A stretch of 64,000 bases of DNA from Raillietiella orientalis (taxonomy: Eukaryota). Shown here one piece after another: positions 1 to 15,800 of this stretch (position 1 is its first letter; each line of letters begins with the position of its first letter). Under the pieces are notes generated by a model. The model was not told the DNA's origin, did no database searches, and saw only the letters and a program-made list of their open reading frames with translations. The translations under genes were made by a program, and so were the position numbers. The stretch covers positions 558,001 through 622,000 of the forward strand of contig JAYWIR010000057.1 in the NCBI GenBank assembly GCA_036172245.1, read 5' to 3'.

Positions 1-3000
1 ATTTTTTACTGCCATCATTCCTTCATGAGTTTTCCCTGTTTGGGTTGTTGAGAACAAGATCAGTACTTCACATCGTCCCCGAGTACTTCTAATAGAAGGA
101 CTGTTTCCAGAGGAGGGCGGAGTCCACTGAAAAGTCTCCTAGTTTCATAGTTTGGGTAGCTGATGGCACTTCCTTCTCAGACATGACAAAGGGGTTTGTT
201 TCACTGACGACTGCTCATAACTTCGAAAGAACTGGAACCTATTTTGAAAATCCGAGATCACAAGAAAGCATACGTCAGAATGTGAAGTGTTGGTTTTTCG
301 TGGCATTCGTCCTCTGTCTGCGATTTCTTTCTTTCCATCACCCGAACTTGCATCGAAGGAATTTCTCTCCAATGCGAATGGCATGGGCATTCGTGCATCC
401 GATCAGATGGGAATGCACGCCGCATCATGGCAGAAGTCAGCTTCCACTTTCACTCAAATGGTGACTCCACTTCCTGAGCTGTTCCACGAGCCTTATCGCT
501 TGAGCTTACTCCCAGTCACCCATCTCACGTTTGAGAACACTGACTTGTGGGTCAGCATAAAGGAAAATCTTAGGACGGAAAAGAGAGGTCGAACCTAAAA
601 TGCCAACTCGGACGTTGTCGACATTTGGCGCTTCTCATGAAAGCCTGTGGTAGCTCTCTCAAAAATCTGTGACTGGTCCTTCCTCCAGAGTGCTTCGGAG
701 CGTTTGATTCCCACCCGTGTGGAGCCCGCGTTTGGCCCCCATCTAGAAGAACTGGTGCCCGTTGCGTCCAGTCACAAGCTCCGCGCACTCTCGTGTGCGC
801 GTAAGTGCAAGTGCAGACCCTGATAGGTCACAATGACTACCACTCCACGAGGATGCTCCGAGTGGAGATTGCTTCTCCAGCTGCTAAACAGGAACAGTTT
901 AAGGTGAATTGTGGGAGCTCCTGGCACACGATTCATTGTGATTGCTTGAAGATCCGGGGCAGGGTGAAAGCGAGATGGCCGAAACGGGCCGCGGATGTCA
1001 TCAAGGAAATTTCCCATGAAGCAGAATCAAAGGAGACGAGATGAGGCAGGATACCAGAAACGAAGAAGGCGAGGTTCATTTGGAAAGAGAAGAGGATCGT
1101 GTCAGATAGCTCACTGGGAACCAGGGCCTTGGAGGAGTAGACACCAAGCCACGAGGAAGATGCATCGGTTGTTTGAAAGCATGCTCACGATGAGAAGAAA
1201 AGCACTGACCTCGAAATCGGAAATTGGCCAACAGTTTCAAGTCTCCATTCGACCAATGAAACATCAATACCAGAGCCAATTCAGACACAGAAAAGGCGAG
1301 CGTTGGCATTGTGTATTTGCAAGCAGTTACGAAAGAGGCGAAGACCGAGCGGAATCGAGCACCTGAGTCTCGGAAAAATTTCTGGTAACTCATTTTCTTG
1401 AATGCGAGTAAGATGGAATAGTATTCGATGCAGTCCATGGGAGGGTAGCTGTGGAACAGAGGAAGAGAAGAGCTGGTGCTCAGCACCAAGGTCGCCATCA
1501 ACTCATTAAAGATTAGCTTGGAAAAAGAAAATACCCAAAGGATGGCTGCCAACCTCGGAGCACCAGTTCATTGCACAGTTTATGATTTAGTGCCATTGAC
1601 ATGGTCGACTTAGAGGTTCACTAGAGGATGTGCAGCACGAATTCTAGGTCTTGACTTTGAATAGGCTTGAAAGGCGTGGCCAAATTGTTTCCACCAGTCC
1701 ACCACGGACAGGAGGAAAAAGGTATTGCAAGGAATTGGAAGGTCTTCGAGGCTCGTATTCGTTGATGGCGCTTCCTCCTCCTAACACTCATCTTGTCAGA
1801 TGTTATCCGTGCTCTCTCACTTTCCAGTGTGTTGCCTCAAAGTGAGAAGAGCCCTGGGGAGACGCCAAGGGAGCGAATCCGAAAGGCTGGAATGTAATAC
1901 AAAGAAAGTGGCCAGACTCCCATAGCCTTGAAGACCTCGAAGTTTCATGGTCCACTGAAAACATTGCAGAAGCAGTCAGGCCACCAAAGATCGCTGTGCA
2001 GAGGCTCCGTGTCCGGTCCTATCGAAAGAGAGCGCCAAAAGCCAGTTTGGTAAAGGCATGGCTCCGTTCGAGAATGCCTCCTCAGCAGCGCCATCTGAAA
2101 TGAGGCAGAAAAATGCAACGAGGACCAAAAAGGAAAGAAAAAAAAAAGAGAGAGAGAGAGAGAACAAGAAACCAAAAAAATAAAAAAATAAAACAGAAAG
2201 ACTACGCGTGCGTTGCGGGGCAAAAAAAAAAAAAAACCTTTGCAAACATCCTGTGGGGAACGAAAAACCCAAAGACGCTCGGCAAAGCTTCGCAGCTGAA
2301 AAGCAAGCAAAACAACGTGTTGAGTGGAAGAAAGAGATAATAATAAGACAGCAGAATGGGGAAAAAATTATTTTTCGACAAATGATATCAGAGGCAGCAG
2401 CGAATACCACTGAGGAATTATTACCAAGTGTTGTGAAAATGCCGGCAGGTTCGCGCGTTTATGCCATTAAATGATGAAATGATTTATGCTCGCGAAAGCA
2501 CACAAGTGTGATCAAACGATACCCCCCTCCGTTCCAGATGAGTGGCGGGCGAGTGGAACAATATTTTGCTCGGAACCCAGCGGAGCCGAGCGCCAGGGAA
2601 CGCGTTCGAATTCAATCTTTCCTCCAGCAAATTCGAAGAACGAGACTGCGTAGAGGGCACGCATCTGTGACAGGGAGAGAGGCAAATGAGCGAACAAAAC
2701 GAGCACGCTTTGTCTGCCGCGCCTCGGATGGCTTGCGACCATCTCTGGGGATGCACTCGTCGCTGCCTTTTTTTTTTTCCTGTTCGGTTCGAGCGGCGTC
2801 CACACGCGCCTGGCGCAACGTGAAACCGATCACCAAGGGAGCTCGAGATTAATCGTCGTTAAGTGACGCAGGTCTCTCCGAGACCTCCGTTCGCGAGACA
2901 CCGAGCCCTCGGCGAAATCACAGGCGCCGCCGCGGACGGGAAGAGAGAGCCGAATGAGTCGACGAGCGGCCGGTCCCTAGGAAACTTTCCGAATTTCTGC

Positions 3001-6000
3001 CTTCTTCTTCCGGGCTTCACGCGCTTGCTAGAAGGCGCACTCACGGATCTTCTTCGCAGGAACTTCAAGGGCGGCGCGCAAGGCCGGGTCGGTCGTAAGA
3101 TCATGGAGTAATCAGAAGCTACTCTTGAAGAGGGTTACAGCAAATTCCTTCCGCTAAAGGATCGACCGTGGCTTTCTGCTATTCACCAGCAAAGGTGTTG
3201 CGCTTCCCGTGCCGGACGCCTCATCTGTTAAATTCTGGAGTCCGAGGACGAAGAAACCAAACCACCGTTTGAAGCTGGTACTGCTCAAGTGTTCTGAGGG
3301 TACAAGAGAAAGCATCCTTGTTGGCTTCAGGAATCGCGCACTAAGCATGCTCTGCGACGTTCAGGTGCTTTCCCATAGTCTTTATTCTTGCATCCTCCAA
3401 GGTACTGTCTATCTCATCTGACAATGTCCATGGGATTCTTAACCGTCAAGAAGCCAAGAAGACCCAGTCTAGAGGTCACGGCATCTTACGGCAGTCAGAA
3501 CGAAGTTGCTCTTTCTTAGAGCTTTAGAACTTCCATGCACGCGTTGGCTTCCGTTAGGGCGACGGTCTCCGCGCGTGGTAGCAGGTGCTTTCTTAAACGG
3601 CATCTAAGAAATCCCATGCTATTAAAATAGCTTGGTTCTTCTCGCTGGAGATGGAATTTGGCAGCGGCATTAAGAGCTGCTCTTCCTTTCCTAAGCTGAA
3701 AACCATGCTGTCTGTAAGGACAAAATGCAGGAGGATGAGTGCGAAGCTGGAGGCTTCCATGTCGTCATTGTAAGCACAATGCGGAAAATCCCAATGGGAA
3801 AGGGGGAAGAAGTTCCCTTCTTGTGATGCTTGGGAGCTTCGCCTCTCCGTAAAAAGCAGCGGAAGAGTGCTGCAGCGAAGACGAGTCGACTTCTACCCAC
3901 GCGATGCTTCCTGCTTCCGCAAGACCTCGAAGAGCAGCAGCGTGTGGATTCCTGATCCTTTAGAGATTCCCGTGATTTTCTGGAGGCAGGATCGAAAGTC
4001 GCGGTTTTGAAATGTCTTCCAGCATCAAAAGGATCGGGTTTCGCACGCGATTCGGTCTTTATCACTGAAATTCATGGGGGATTGGTAAAACGGCATCAGA
4101 CAAGAGCACCCAAACAAGGTGGCCGGTCTCGTCGATGGTCACCTACCTGCCTGAGGATCTTAACTGCGAACTCTTGCGAATGGTGCAATTGATGCAAAAT
4201 CACTTTGGTGAAGACAGCGTCTGCGGGTCCCGTGGGTGTCGTCGGGGAATCAAGGCAACCGTTTCCGGTAGATTTCGGAAACTGTCTCAGATTCGAAAAG
4301 AAGAATTCAGCAGCAGCCTGCTAAAGATTGCAGTCGATTACGCAATGAAGAGACCAGGTGTTTTCTGACGAATGGAATTCTCGTTTCCGCAGCAAGATAA
4401 CCGAGTATGCCCACGGTTACCAGGTGTCTGGACCAGAATTGTTTGCGGCAAACCAGTGGTAGAAGATTCTTGATTCAAGTGATTTAGAAAGGAAAATTTT
4501 CTTCTACCTGAAAACCTGAAGACTAAGCAAAGATTTATGCAGGAGCTTCTAAAACCCGAAGAGACAAAGATGCCGGAATCTTGGAAAATTTCCATCTGGT
4601 GACCCTGGCCGAGATCCCTCATTGTGTCTGGGTTGCAAGTACTTGGTTGTTGAGGATGTGAATTCCTAAGGGCGGGCGCTTTTTCGGGTTAAACGATATC
4701 CTTTCATCTTCGCAGCATTCGCTTTCAGCATCAATGAGACTGCATCACGAAAGCTGCGCAGGAGTGTGGCAGCGGAGAGCGTCTCTCTTTATATCAAATC
4801 TGCCGTCATTACAGCCATTTCCCGGAGCTGCGAATGGTAATTTTCTCTTCAAGTATTGAAAGATGCTGTCGTCCTCATCAGTGCATGACGCCGTCACCTG
4901 GTCTGGGGTGTGAAGGCACAGTTCGTGAGCACAGGATAGGGGCGCCGAATGGAAACTGAAGTGGCAGAGGTTCCGGAGCGCGGTATTCTCTCGGGAAGAT
5001 GATGAAACCAGATCCATGAAAGAGAGGGGAACACGAACCCATGAATCGCTGCTTACAAAAAACCGGCAAATTGCCGGTCCACAGATGAATAAGAGTCGAG
5101 GACGCGAAAATGGGGAAGGGCGGTGGTGTACTGGCGAAATTTGCTTTCTGTCGGGACAAAGCAGGTCTGGTCCAGTGATTGCTACGATGCCATGGCAACC
5201 TGTTCTCCAAGAACAAGGCCGTGTTGACAGAAATTCGGTAAGTAAAATCACTTCGATTTGCACCCCACGATTCCCGACTTGCTTCATCGTGGCAACTCCG
5301 TGAAGAATCGAGATGACCCGATGCTAGAGTGGCCTCTACTAGGTGGTTTGCGCACATGGCCTCCTGATCTTCATTGGCTCCATGGTAATCTTTTCACATC
5401 ATCCAATGTTTCAAGAGCAAAACTTAAGAGGCGCGTCTGCATCCAGAAAAGTCTCTCCGGTGGACTTATCGAAGACTTGTAGCAAAGGCTTCCAGAGCGA
5501 CTGATTAAATTCAACTGTAAAGCTCGCTGCTCGGGTCAAGCGTGGAACTGCATTTTTTGATTCTGTGGAAATCTTTCGTGTCACGGAAGCAGCGGCACCC
5601 GGTGTCTCTTCTTCCTCTTCACATAAATCTGGAGTTATTCCCTCTCGTGGCAGCTCCGGTGCATCGCTCTGGTGTGCTTGAGAAGCTACGTGGGTCGAAC
5701 ATCCGGACAGGCAAAAAATGCCCCCAGGCAGTGTCTGAGATACATGGAAGACAGGGAATCGTGTTTTCTCTCCTCCCCCGTGTTTCAAGAAGCCCATTGA
5801 CCTCGGAACATTGTGGAAGCTGACACCTGGGACATGCTTTGCCTCCTGCACTCTTCCAGGAAGCCAAGTACTTCAGAACGGAGCCTCTTGGAGGCGACCT
5901 AGCTCCTCGAAAGAGCATGCCCTCCTCCTTAGGAAGACGTGTTCCGTTTCCACGGAGACGATGTTTTCTGTATCTCCATCGTGCACGATGGAAGCGAGGC

Positions 6001-9000
6001 AAGGCGCTAAACACCTTTCTTCATTCTCCATTTCTTCCAGCCTCTCCCACTTTTCAGACGCATCTGGATAATCCCTTTCCCAAGTGATCTCTGCAACGTC
6101 CCTCCACACTCCAGACTGCGACCTGCATCTTCAAATCGCTTCTTCAAATTAGCTCAAAGAGCGAACGTCGCGAGGAAACAGCAGCGAGCGTTTGTCTTGC
6201 GGAGCAGTCAGATGCACGCGATGGCCACGCGCCGAGAGAGGCGGTGGAGAAGAACCGAAGCAACGCGGCATCGCGGTTACCAGCACACCGGAGGGTGCAT
6301 GGAACTGTCGATAAATGCAGCATCTTTCTAATTGATACGCTGATCTTGGACGCTCGGATGACAGGCGGGCGAGAGTTCCAAACTGGCATGCCTTTCTATT
6401 GGCTGAGGAAATTCCCCCTCCTCCCTCGCCTCCCAATTGAGAATGGCAACGACCTGTCTCGGGATGGTTTCGAGAAGCCAAGAAAGAGCATCGTTCGGGT
6501 TTCGCAGAAGTGCGACTCTTCTAACAGACGGTGAAATGATTCTTCCGCACACGGTGGAGCTCGCTGCAGCGGAGGACGGCGAAAAGGCGTGGACGTTCTG
6601 AAGGGGATGCTGGGCAGCTCGAGGGAACAGTCATGTCATCTTTTTGGATTCAGTTGAACTGGAAAAAAGGGGCATCAAGGCAACCTCGCTGGAGCATGGA
6701 GTGAGGGAGAAGAGGGAAGGGTTTAAAAGGATTCCTGCGCAGTTTGGTCCTCCGAGAGATGCAGCGAAATGGTCACCGAGCAACCAGCACGTTCCAGACA
6801 CCGGGAACGGAGACAGGTGCACGGAACTGGGAGAATCGCAGGGTGCTCGAGTGTTCGAGACAAATGAGTTGGCTCCAATCTTCTGCAAGACGGGAGACGG
6901 TTGTGCAAGAGAAAGGGAGCGATTCCAGGGTAACCTGGGAGGAAAGACAAGACACGCTGCCGCCACCGGAGATCATTTCTTCTTGCAGAAATGAATGTAG
7001 ATTCGTTTTCAAGAGTCCACCAGATGCTAGCGAACTGGAAACGCGCTGGTGATCACTCCAAGCATTCCATAGGGGTTTGGACTCTTCCGAAGGCTGAAGA
7101 TAGCAAGGAAGAGCACGCGTTGGCAGTCGTGCGACTGCGGTCTCCGCATGTGGCACCACACGTTGCGCGGATTCGAATCCCAGCCGGAGAAGGATCGACT
7201 CCAGAGAAATGAGGAAGGGGTCGTGGGTTTCGAGAACCCCCCCGAAGTGACGCTGGTTGGTCCATGGACTTCGGGTGCGGCACTGCTGGAAACCAGAAAC
7301 CCCTGCATGCCACCCCCCCTTCGACTGGTCGGGATCGGAAGATGACCCTCTGGAGTCCTCCCAGGGATCAAGGAGCACCTGTTCCCTTCGAGGTCCCCCT
7401 CCGGTTGTGAAAATGGAGCTGCACCACGGAGCTGGTTGATACCTCCCTCGGGAGGTCGCCTCCCCAGAGTGTCAGAAGCTCGCAGCTACCTTTGGGGTTC
7501 TCCTCAAAGGAGGAAGCAAGGAGAGATCCCCTTGCAGTTTCTTCTCCAGAAAAGGAATTTAGGATCGCATAGATTCCGGATATCCTTCAGACAAGAAACG
7601 AGGAGTAGCCTTTTCCGGAGGGTCCCTCCGGAAAGAATAAGGGAGGGATTCCCTTCGTAGACAACCAGAGCGAGGGTTCCCTTCGGGGTCCCCTCTCTTA
7701 ATTGTGATCAAGACCTCCCAAGTGTGAAAGGAATGGACACCTTCCTCCGAAACCTTTCCTGGATTGCTGCCTTGCCATGACTACTCGGGTGAGCTGAAAT
7801 CTCTCAGGAGGAGAATGCTGGGTGGAACGCGCATCTCCGCAGCCTCCTGAGCAGAGGGTACCAGGAAAATACACACTTCTGCAGAGGATTTCACTGGGAA
7901 GAAGAAAAGAATCTGTTCACGCAGAAGGGGAAGGGAGAAGAAGGGGTTTCGCGTGCGGAACGCTCCCGCGCAAGCAGGGAGCGTTTCCGTGCTTAGTCCG
8001 AGGGCTGCTCCCGCAGGCGAAATGGGCTGGCAAATCAGGGACGCAATTCCTATCGTCGAGGGCGCCAAGTGGGGACTCGAGAGCGCCTCGCCGGATTGGG
8101 TCCCGCCACGGGTGCAGCGGGAGCAGCTGACTTTTATAATTCAGAAATTACTGTGATCTCCATTAAACGTGCATGGGAGTTCTCCCGGGCGAGGTGCAGG
8201 GAGGGAAAAAGCCCTTCCTGCGAGCTCCCCGCCTTGCCGGCGGGCGAATCCCTCAGTTTCCTTCCGCCTCGTCCTGCGCAGGGGCCCGTAGAAGAGGACG
8301 TCCCCTCAGCCTCGTCCTCTGCGTAGTGTCGTCCGCGGATTTCCCGCCGGATCTATCGGGATCCTTATTTTTTTTTCTGCATCTTACTCCTGGCGAGAAC
8401 CGCGAAATGAGGGACTCCAGCCACGTAGCTAATGCAGGTCGCCGCCTCCAGGATCAGGGGGAGACTTTGCCTCTCGCACTCTTCCAGGAAGCCGAGTCCA
8501 CACAAACTGTGCCGAGGTTTCGAGGAGGAAGTGCTGAGGTCTTCTCCAAAGGGGTGCTATTCACAAGCAGGAGAGAGGTTGAAGGAGGAAGGGGAGGGAA
8601 TCCCCTTCGGCGTAGGGCCGAGGAATCAGCCTGCAGCCGTCATGGAGCCCGTCGCGGAATCGACTGGGCTCGCGTTGCCGCCGCGACCGCATCTCAAGCT
8701 GGCGAGGGGAAGGCAAGGCACTGAGAGGAGCTGCACCTCGCCAGCTCCTCGGCCGGGTCGCATTCATCCGGGGGAAGAACGACAGTCAGTTTCCGGGAAC
8801 CACCCGGACGGGGGGAGACATTCCGTCCGGGTGGTGCTAAGGTCAGCCGGTAGCGTCAGATGAAGGCAGCGGAGCAAAGACTTGCCCAGGCCGAGGCTCT
8901 ACTGGCGAGGGACGCTTCCTTTCTCGACTGCCAGCGTCCAAAGGCACTCGAAGAAAGAGGCTTCCGGAACCCGTTCTCGTTCCGGCCTAAGTCGGTGGGT

Positions 9001-10199
9001 GCGCCATTGTCGCACCGTCCGTCGAGACGCGTCCTCCCTGCCTCTTCTCTCTCGGGCCTCCTGCCTGGTCCGCCGCAGTCCCCTTCCCACCGGCGAGCGA
9101 CTGCGGCGGCACCCTGTGGGCTGATGGCTTCGAAAGCACTCGCAATGACCGTGCTCAGAGGCGCGGGCCCTCACGAGCGCGCAGACGAGCGGTCCTCACG
9201 CCCTGCCAATCCGGGAGGGAGAAACCGCCGCCGATCTCGGGTTCTTTCCCGCGTCCACGGAAAGCCCGGGGCAGTCTTCTCCCGCACTGTGAGTGATGCC
9301 GTTCAGGGAGAACAGAAAGGCCCAGGTTCCGCGGTCCATGCCTCGCAGCTTTTAGGCTCAACCTTTCCGATGTCTGCCTCGCGGACACGCGTCATCCGCC
9401 CGGAGCGTCCGGCGCTCGGCGTTCGCTGCCTGGCAACCTACGGGGCTGGAGGCTTCAGAAGCCTCCTCACCAGCTGGGGAAGAGCCCGACTAGACTTTTC
9501 CCGGCTGAAAGACGTCCGAACCAGGCCACCCCTTCCCCACCACACTCCCTCTTCCATTCCCTCTGGACGAAGATGGAGATGGCGTCACTCTCGCCCGCTT
9601 CGTGCCGCTTGCCTGTTCTGGGGGATGTCTCAGGGGACAACACTGCCTTGATTGTGCCCGGTGGAGCGCGAGCAAGCGCATGCTAAGGGGGGAAGGTTAG
9701 GCTCCAGCGCAGTCTTCCAGGTCGTCGTCGTCTTGTCGCTGCTGTCTCCGGGCCCTGCTTACCATGAGGTACCCCGCAGGCGGAAGCCGGCGGGAATGGT
9801 CATCCGCTCGAGTCGCACCCTCGCCGGGGAAGCGTGAACTCTCGCACCCGCTTCTTTCCCTTTGAGGATAGAGTTCCCCGGGATCCCGCGCCAGATCACG
9901 CCACGGGGCATCGATGCCGGGGGTTCATTTGACCTCGGAGCTGCCGGGCGGGAGAACCCCGTCTTCTCCCGAAGAGGTCCAAGGAGAATGGGGGGTTCAA
10001 TCGCAGAAGCAGCAGACCCGTTCCTCCTCTCCCTTAAGGCTCTGGTGGTCGGCCAACAAGGTCGGCGGTCTTGCGGGACTGCGACCCCGTGACCGACCCG
10101 AGCCAACCTGACAGTATGCTTCCCCTTTTTCCCCACCTAGAAGGTGGAGAGCGGAGAGCGCGGGGCGGGACGAAGCAGGGGTGGGACCCCTCTCGCAGT

Positions 10200-10700
10200 T
10201 CAGAGCGGGTGGGGTCTCCCCTCCTGCTCCTCACCTGCCGTGTCGACCCCGGGTCCGCCGACCACTTTCCGAAGGGACTTCCTCCGCCATTCTCTCTCGC
10301 ACTCAGGAAGAGCCAGCGGGGGGCAGCAGCTCACCTCAGCGGCACATAGGCAGCGGCGGACTCTGCCCTTCTCTGGGAGGCAAGGGGCAAGGGGGGCTGA
10401 GGACTGGCAATTCCTCCTCCTCTGCAAGAGTCGTTCGGGCCGCACCAGGGAAGGGGTGGGAGCGCTCCACGCGTACCTTTTGGCGCTCCTTCGGGAGTGT
10501 CGAGACTTCTTCCCGGAGACGCTCCCGCCCGATCCTCGCGTGGGGGATGCCAGGATGGAATGGAATAGGGGAGCGGCGGAAAGCAGCCCAGTCGGTTTCC
10601 ATGGTTGCGTTTCCTCCCGATCTCCGGTCCTCGAGCAGCGAGTGTTTCTCCGTTTGCTCCCGGACCGTCTCAGGCAAGGGCGTAGAAGTGGCGGGTCTGA
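10200..10700 (+). mobile_element. Highly decayed non-LTR reverse transcriptase fragment
   Basis: EDWQFLLLCK resembles NWRPIxL, and GFHGCVSS..VLEQ resembles GF..DGxxEHxxVLQ. Motifs are degenerate and boundaries approximate. Confidence 0.4.
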
Positions 10701-10992
10701 CCAGGGAACGGGAGGGGAATAAGGGGAAGGGAAAGTAGAGAAGTAAGAACGAAGGTACCTCTTCATGGAGCGGAAGCTTCCGCTCGCCTTTTTTTTTATT
10801 GGTCAACGGAACGGCGCCTCGTGGAGGCGGCGACGACGGCGACATGGCCCGAGGGGGAAGAGGGCTAGGGGCTTGAACGCGGCGGTCGCAGGGAGGGAGG
10901 GAGGAAGGGAGGGTGGGTGGGAGAGGCTGCTGTTGCTACCGCCGCCGCTACCGAGGTCTTCGACGACGTGGGCAGTGGTGCCTCCGCCGTGC

Positions 10993-12424
<1,432 letters not shown>

Positions 12425-12571
12425 CGTCCATTCCTTTCAGCGTCCGCCCCTCTTGCCACTTTCGGATAGCGGAAAGGACCGGTCTGCACTAGGGACCCCC
12501 GCGCGGACAACAGCCGATCCCCCGCCTCTCCTTCCCGCGCCCGCATCTTTCTTGCCCGGGGGCGAACTGAC

Positions 12572-12878
12572 CTGTATCTTCCCCACGAGGGGGGGCGACC
12601 CCTGGAGGCGGCAGGGCCCCCGCCTCCGGGTCGCGTCCCTCCAGCTCGAAGTAGCAGCGGGCCGGGCTCCTCCGGACGGGTTCGGGGGCGGGGCAGCAGG
12701 TCCACCCAGGGGCCACAGCGGCAGGGGTGCACTGAAGAGGGACGGGCGGGCGAGGCGCCGTCGCCGCAGGGGCCGCAGCCCACTCCTGCAGGGGAGGACC
12801 CCGCCCGGGGCTCCGCCGCGCGATCAGCGACTCGATCGAGAAGGGCAGCGGCCCCTCCTTGCGCAGCGCAGCGCGCAT
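12572..12878 (-). CDS. Gbx: Gbx/unplugged homeobox gene, coding exon 1
   Basis: First in-frame ATG at 12878, with an in-frame TGA further upstream. It reads MRAALRKEGPLPFSIESLIARR..., where FSIESLI is the eh1-like N-terminal Gbx motif. It ends ACA G|GTCAGT, a phase-1 donor matching the phase-1 acceptor of exon 2. Confidence 0.85.
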
Positions 12879-15800
12879 CTCCGGCCGCAAGGCTGCGTCT
12901 GCGTCGTTCCTCCCGCCGCTGCCGTCGCTGGCGGCCAACTGCCGCCCGCGCGAGCGCCGCCGAGCGGTCGGGCGGTCGGGCGAGGGCGGGGCCACGGGGC
13001 GGGGCTGCGGACGCTCTCTGGCAACCAGCAGCAGCCGCAGCAGCAGTAGCCGCCGTCACCGCCTACCCGTGGCGGCGGCGCGCGCCTGCGCTCTTCCGCT
13101 GCCACCTCGCGTCTCTCCCGCCCTTTAGCGGGGGTTTCACCCGCCTTCCTCCACACCTCCTCGTCCGGGGGACGGGAAGGGAAAGGTGCCCGCCCTCGCC
13201 CCATCGCGGTGGAGTGAAACCGGACGCGCAGTGGGCGGCAGCGATAGCTGGCTGCCAAGGAGCGGCGAGCGGCAGCGAGGGGCACCCTGCCTCCTCCCCG
13301 CTTCCCTCTCCCGCCGGGAAGAGGCCCGCGGCGGGCTCCCTTCTCGTCCCCGGTCGGAAAGGGGCCGGAAAGGTTTTCGCGCTCCTGGTCCCCTCCTTCC
13401 CCTCGGGCGGGCGGATGAGAGGAGGGAGGGAGGCCAAGATGGCGGCGGCCACCGTCTTCCCGAAGGAGGGAAAGTGGGGATAGAGGGAAGGGGTTGAAGG
13501 TGGCGAGGCGTCCCCGCCTGCCGCGTTCCGAGAGGGGCGGGTGTGACCCAAGGGGCCGTAAGGTCGCGCCCGGTCGACCCCGAAAGCCGCGCGTAGCGCC
13601 CGCGCGTGACGGGAACAAAAGGGGGGAGCAGCGGCCTTTCCCTGGCGGTTGCGCTCTCGGGCGCGCGGGGTCCCGGCCGCCCGCCGCGCCCCCCTTGGAG
13701 CAGAGAACAGGCGATGATCGACGAGCGCAACCTCTGAGGAAATCCATCCGGTGGAGTGCCCGGCGGGAAGGAAGGCGGGTGATGCACCCCCTCCGCCGGG
13801 GTCAAGATAGAGGGGAGGAGGGGGATAGGATCGGACCTGCCTCCCCCGACAGCCACGCGGAGGGCGAGAGGGACCCACTCCCCCTAGGGCAAGGGACACA
13901 GTGCATTCTGCAGCCTCCTCGGGGACATCCGAGGCGGCCCTCCCAGCGAGAGGGAGACTCTCCCGCATCTCCCCGCTCCCCTCTAGGGCTGATCGCACCG
14001 CCACAGGTGGAGCCATCCTTCAGGGAGCGAAGCAACCAGAAGAGGGCGGAAGAGGATTTTCTCGCCGGCCAGTGGCTCGCGCGAGCTGGAACCCGAGGTT
14101 CACGCATCCCAGCCTCGGCGCATCCACCTGCGACGGGGCTTGTTCTCTCCCGGGGACGTCCCCGAGGGCACATCGAGCGCTGATCCGCGCCGGGGTGAGG
14201 AAGGAGAGGGGAAGGACCGCCTGATGAGCGCCCGGTGCCGCGCTGCCGACTCGTCTCCTTGGTAGCCGGAAGCCAAGGACGAGACGCCTCTAGAGAACGG
14301 TGGGGAGACTCCTCCAGATCCGACCAGCGGGCGGTGCTCGTCCTCACCCCCTGAAGGCGCGGAAAAGGTCTCCATGCCCTCCTCCCGAGGCAATGGCTCT
14401 TCGGGTCTGCGGTAACCACTGCCTCTGGCCCGCGCGCGGACAGCGGTCGCCTTCCAGTGCGGGCGCCCGCAACTGCACCTGCGTCGCCATAGATGCCCGG
14501 TAGTGGGCAACCGCCGGCGCCGCACGGGAACTGCCACGCGAGCTGGTGGGAACGAGGGGGGCGGCATCGCCTTGGAGACGCGCGGCGCACGCGCTGCCGC
14601 ACCCACGCTCCGCCATCTCTCTCCTCGACAAGGAAACGGAGGAACTGGAGCGCCTCCTCTTCCTGCGAGAGGAAGCGCCCGGTACCCATCGCCCTGTTTT
14701 TCTGTCGCTTCAGATGTTGGCGGGTTCGGATACAAAAAATACAAAAGTCTCATCTTCTCGTAGATGAAATTCGGGATGGATTTATGTGTCAGAAGGTGCC
14801 AAGGAGGATACGATACGATGTGCGGTTCCAGTATGAAGAAGGGGACAAGAAAAAGAGGAGAGAAGGAGGAGGAAAAAAAGAGCAAGAGCCCTTGCTAGGA
14901 AGAATTGCCAGCATGTGATGGAGCAGCAGCCCGAAGCCGTCACCAACGCGAGCTACCTGCCGGCGCCTTCCCGAGCGCGCATCCAGAAGCCGCGGCTACA
15001 GAGATGAGGCACATCCAAAACATCCTGTTTGCGTTTCCAGGGAGATTTTTCCATCAAGGGAACATCTGCCGAGGGGATTCCGGGTCAGCCTCTCGTTCTT
15101 CGGAGTCAGTCCTCAAGGTCCTGGAAGGAGTGCTCTCGCTGAGTGGCTACGGTCGCTGTTTTCCCCACTCCTTTCAGCGGTGACTTGCAGAGGACGCTGC
15201 GATCCTCCGTCGCTGTTTCGCTCCAAATTCCAGAGAGGGCACCCTGCAACTTCGCCCCGCTTGACTCTAGGCAAATCCTGAGATCCGCAGTGGTCCTCGG
15301 CGAGTGGTCGGCGCGTAGCACCTCAGAAGGGAGCTACGCCACCCAACACGTAGTACTCTGCTCCCAACCACCGGCAATCCGCGTCGGGAAGTTGCAAAAG
15401 TAGGGAGAGGGGACGCGACGCAGAGATCTGTTGCGAGGGAGACGGCATCCGGACCTGAACCTAGCTTGATTCCAAGCTTCTCGAAGGGAAAGGAAATGAG
15501 ACCAACAGCTGATGCCTCACAGGCAGAACGCTCTCCCTTGGCGAGACTGGCAGGTCCAGCATCTCCGGAGAGTGTCTTTTTTTCATTTTATGTAGGGACA
15601 GGCGATTGGCCTGAGAGACTGGTTATGAAGGATGCTCAGCCTCAGAGCGGACTGCATTCGCCGACCATCCCTTTTCCAATTTTTCATTGAGCTTTCCTTA
15701 TGCAACAGAGCGAAGGATGGACTGTGAGGTGCCGAAATTCGATCGCTCAAGCATCCGCCACGTCTGGTCCGAGGGGAGAACTGCCCTGCTCCTCCCTCCC

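Noticed and set aside
2105..2250. Lys/Arg-rich and Phe-rich ORFs
   Set aside because: Low-complexity poly(A)/(GA)n tract.
7120..7190. tRNA-like GGATTCGAATCC (also GGTTCGAGCC near 29285)
   Set aside because: No cloverleaf or properly spaced A box.
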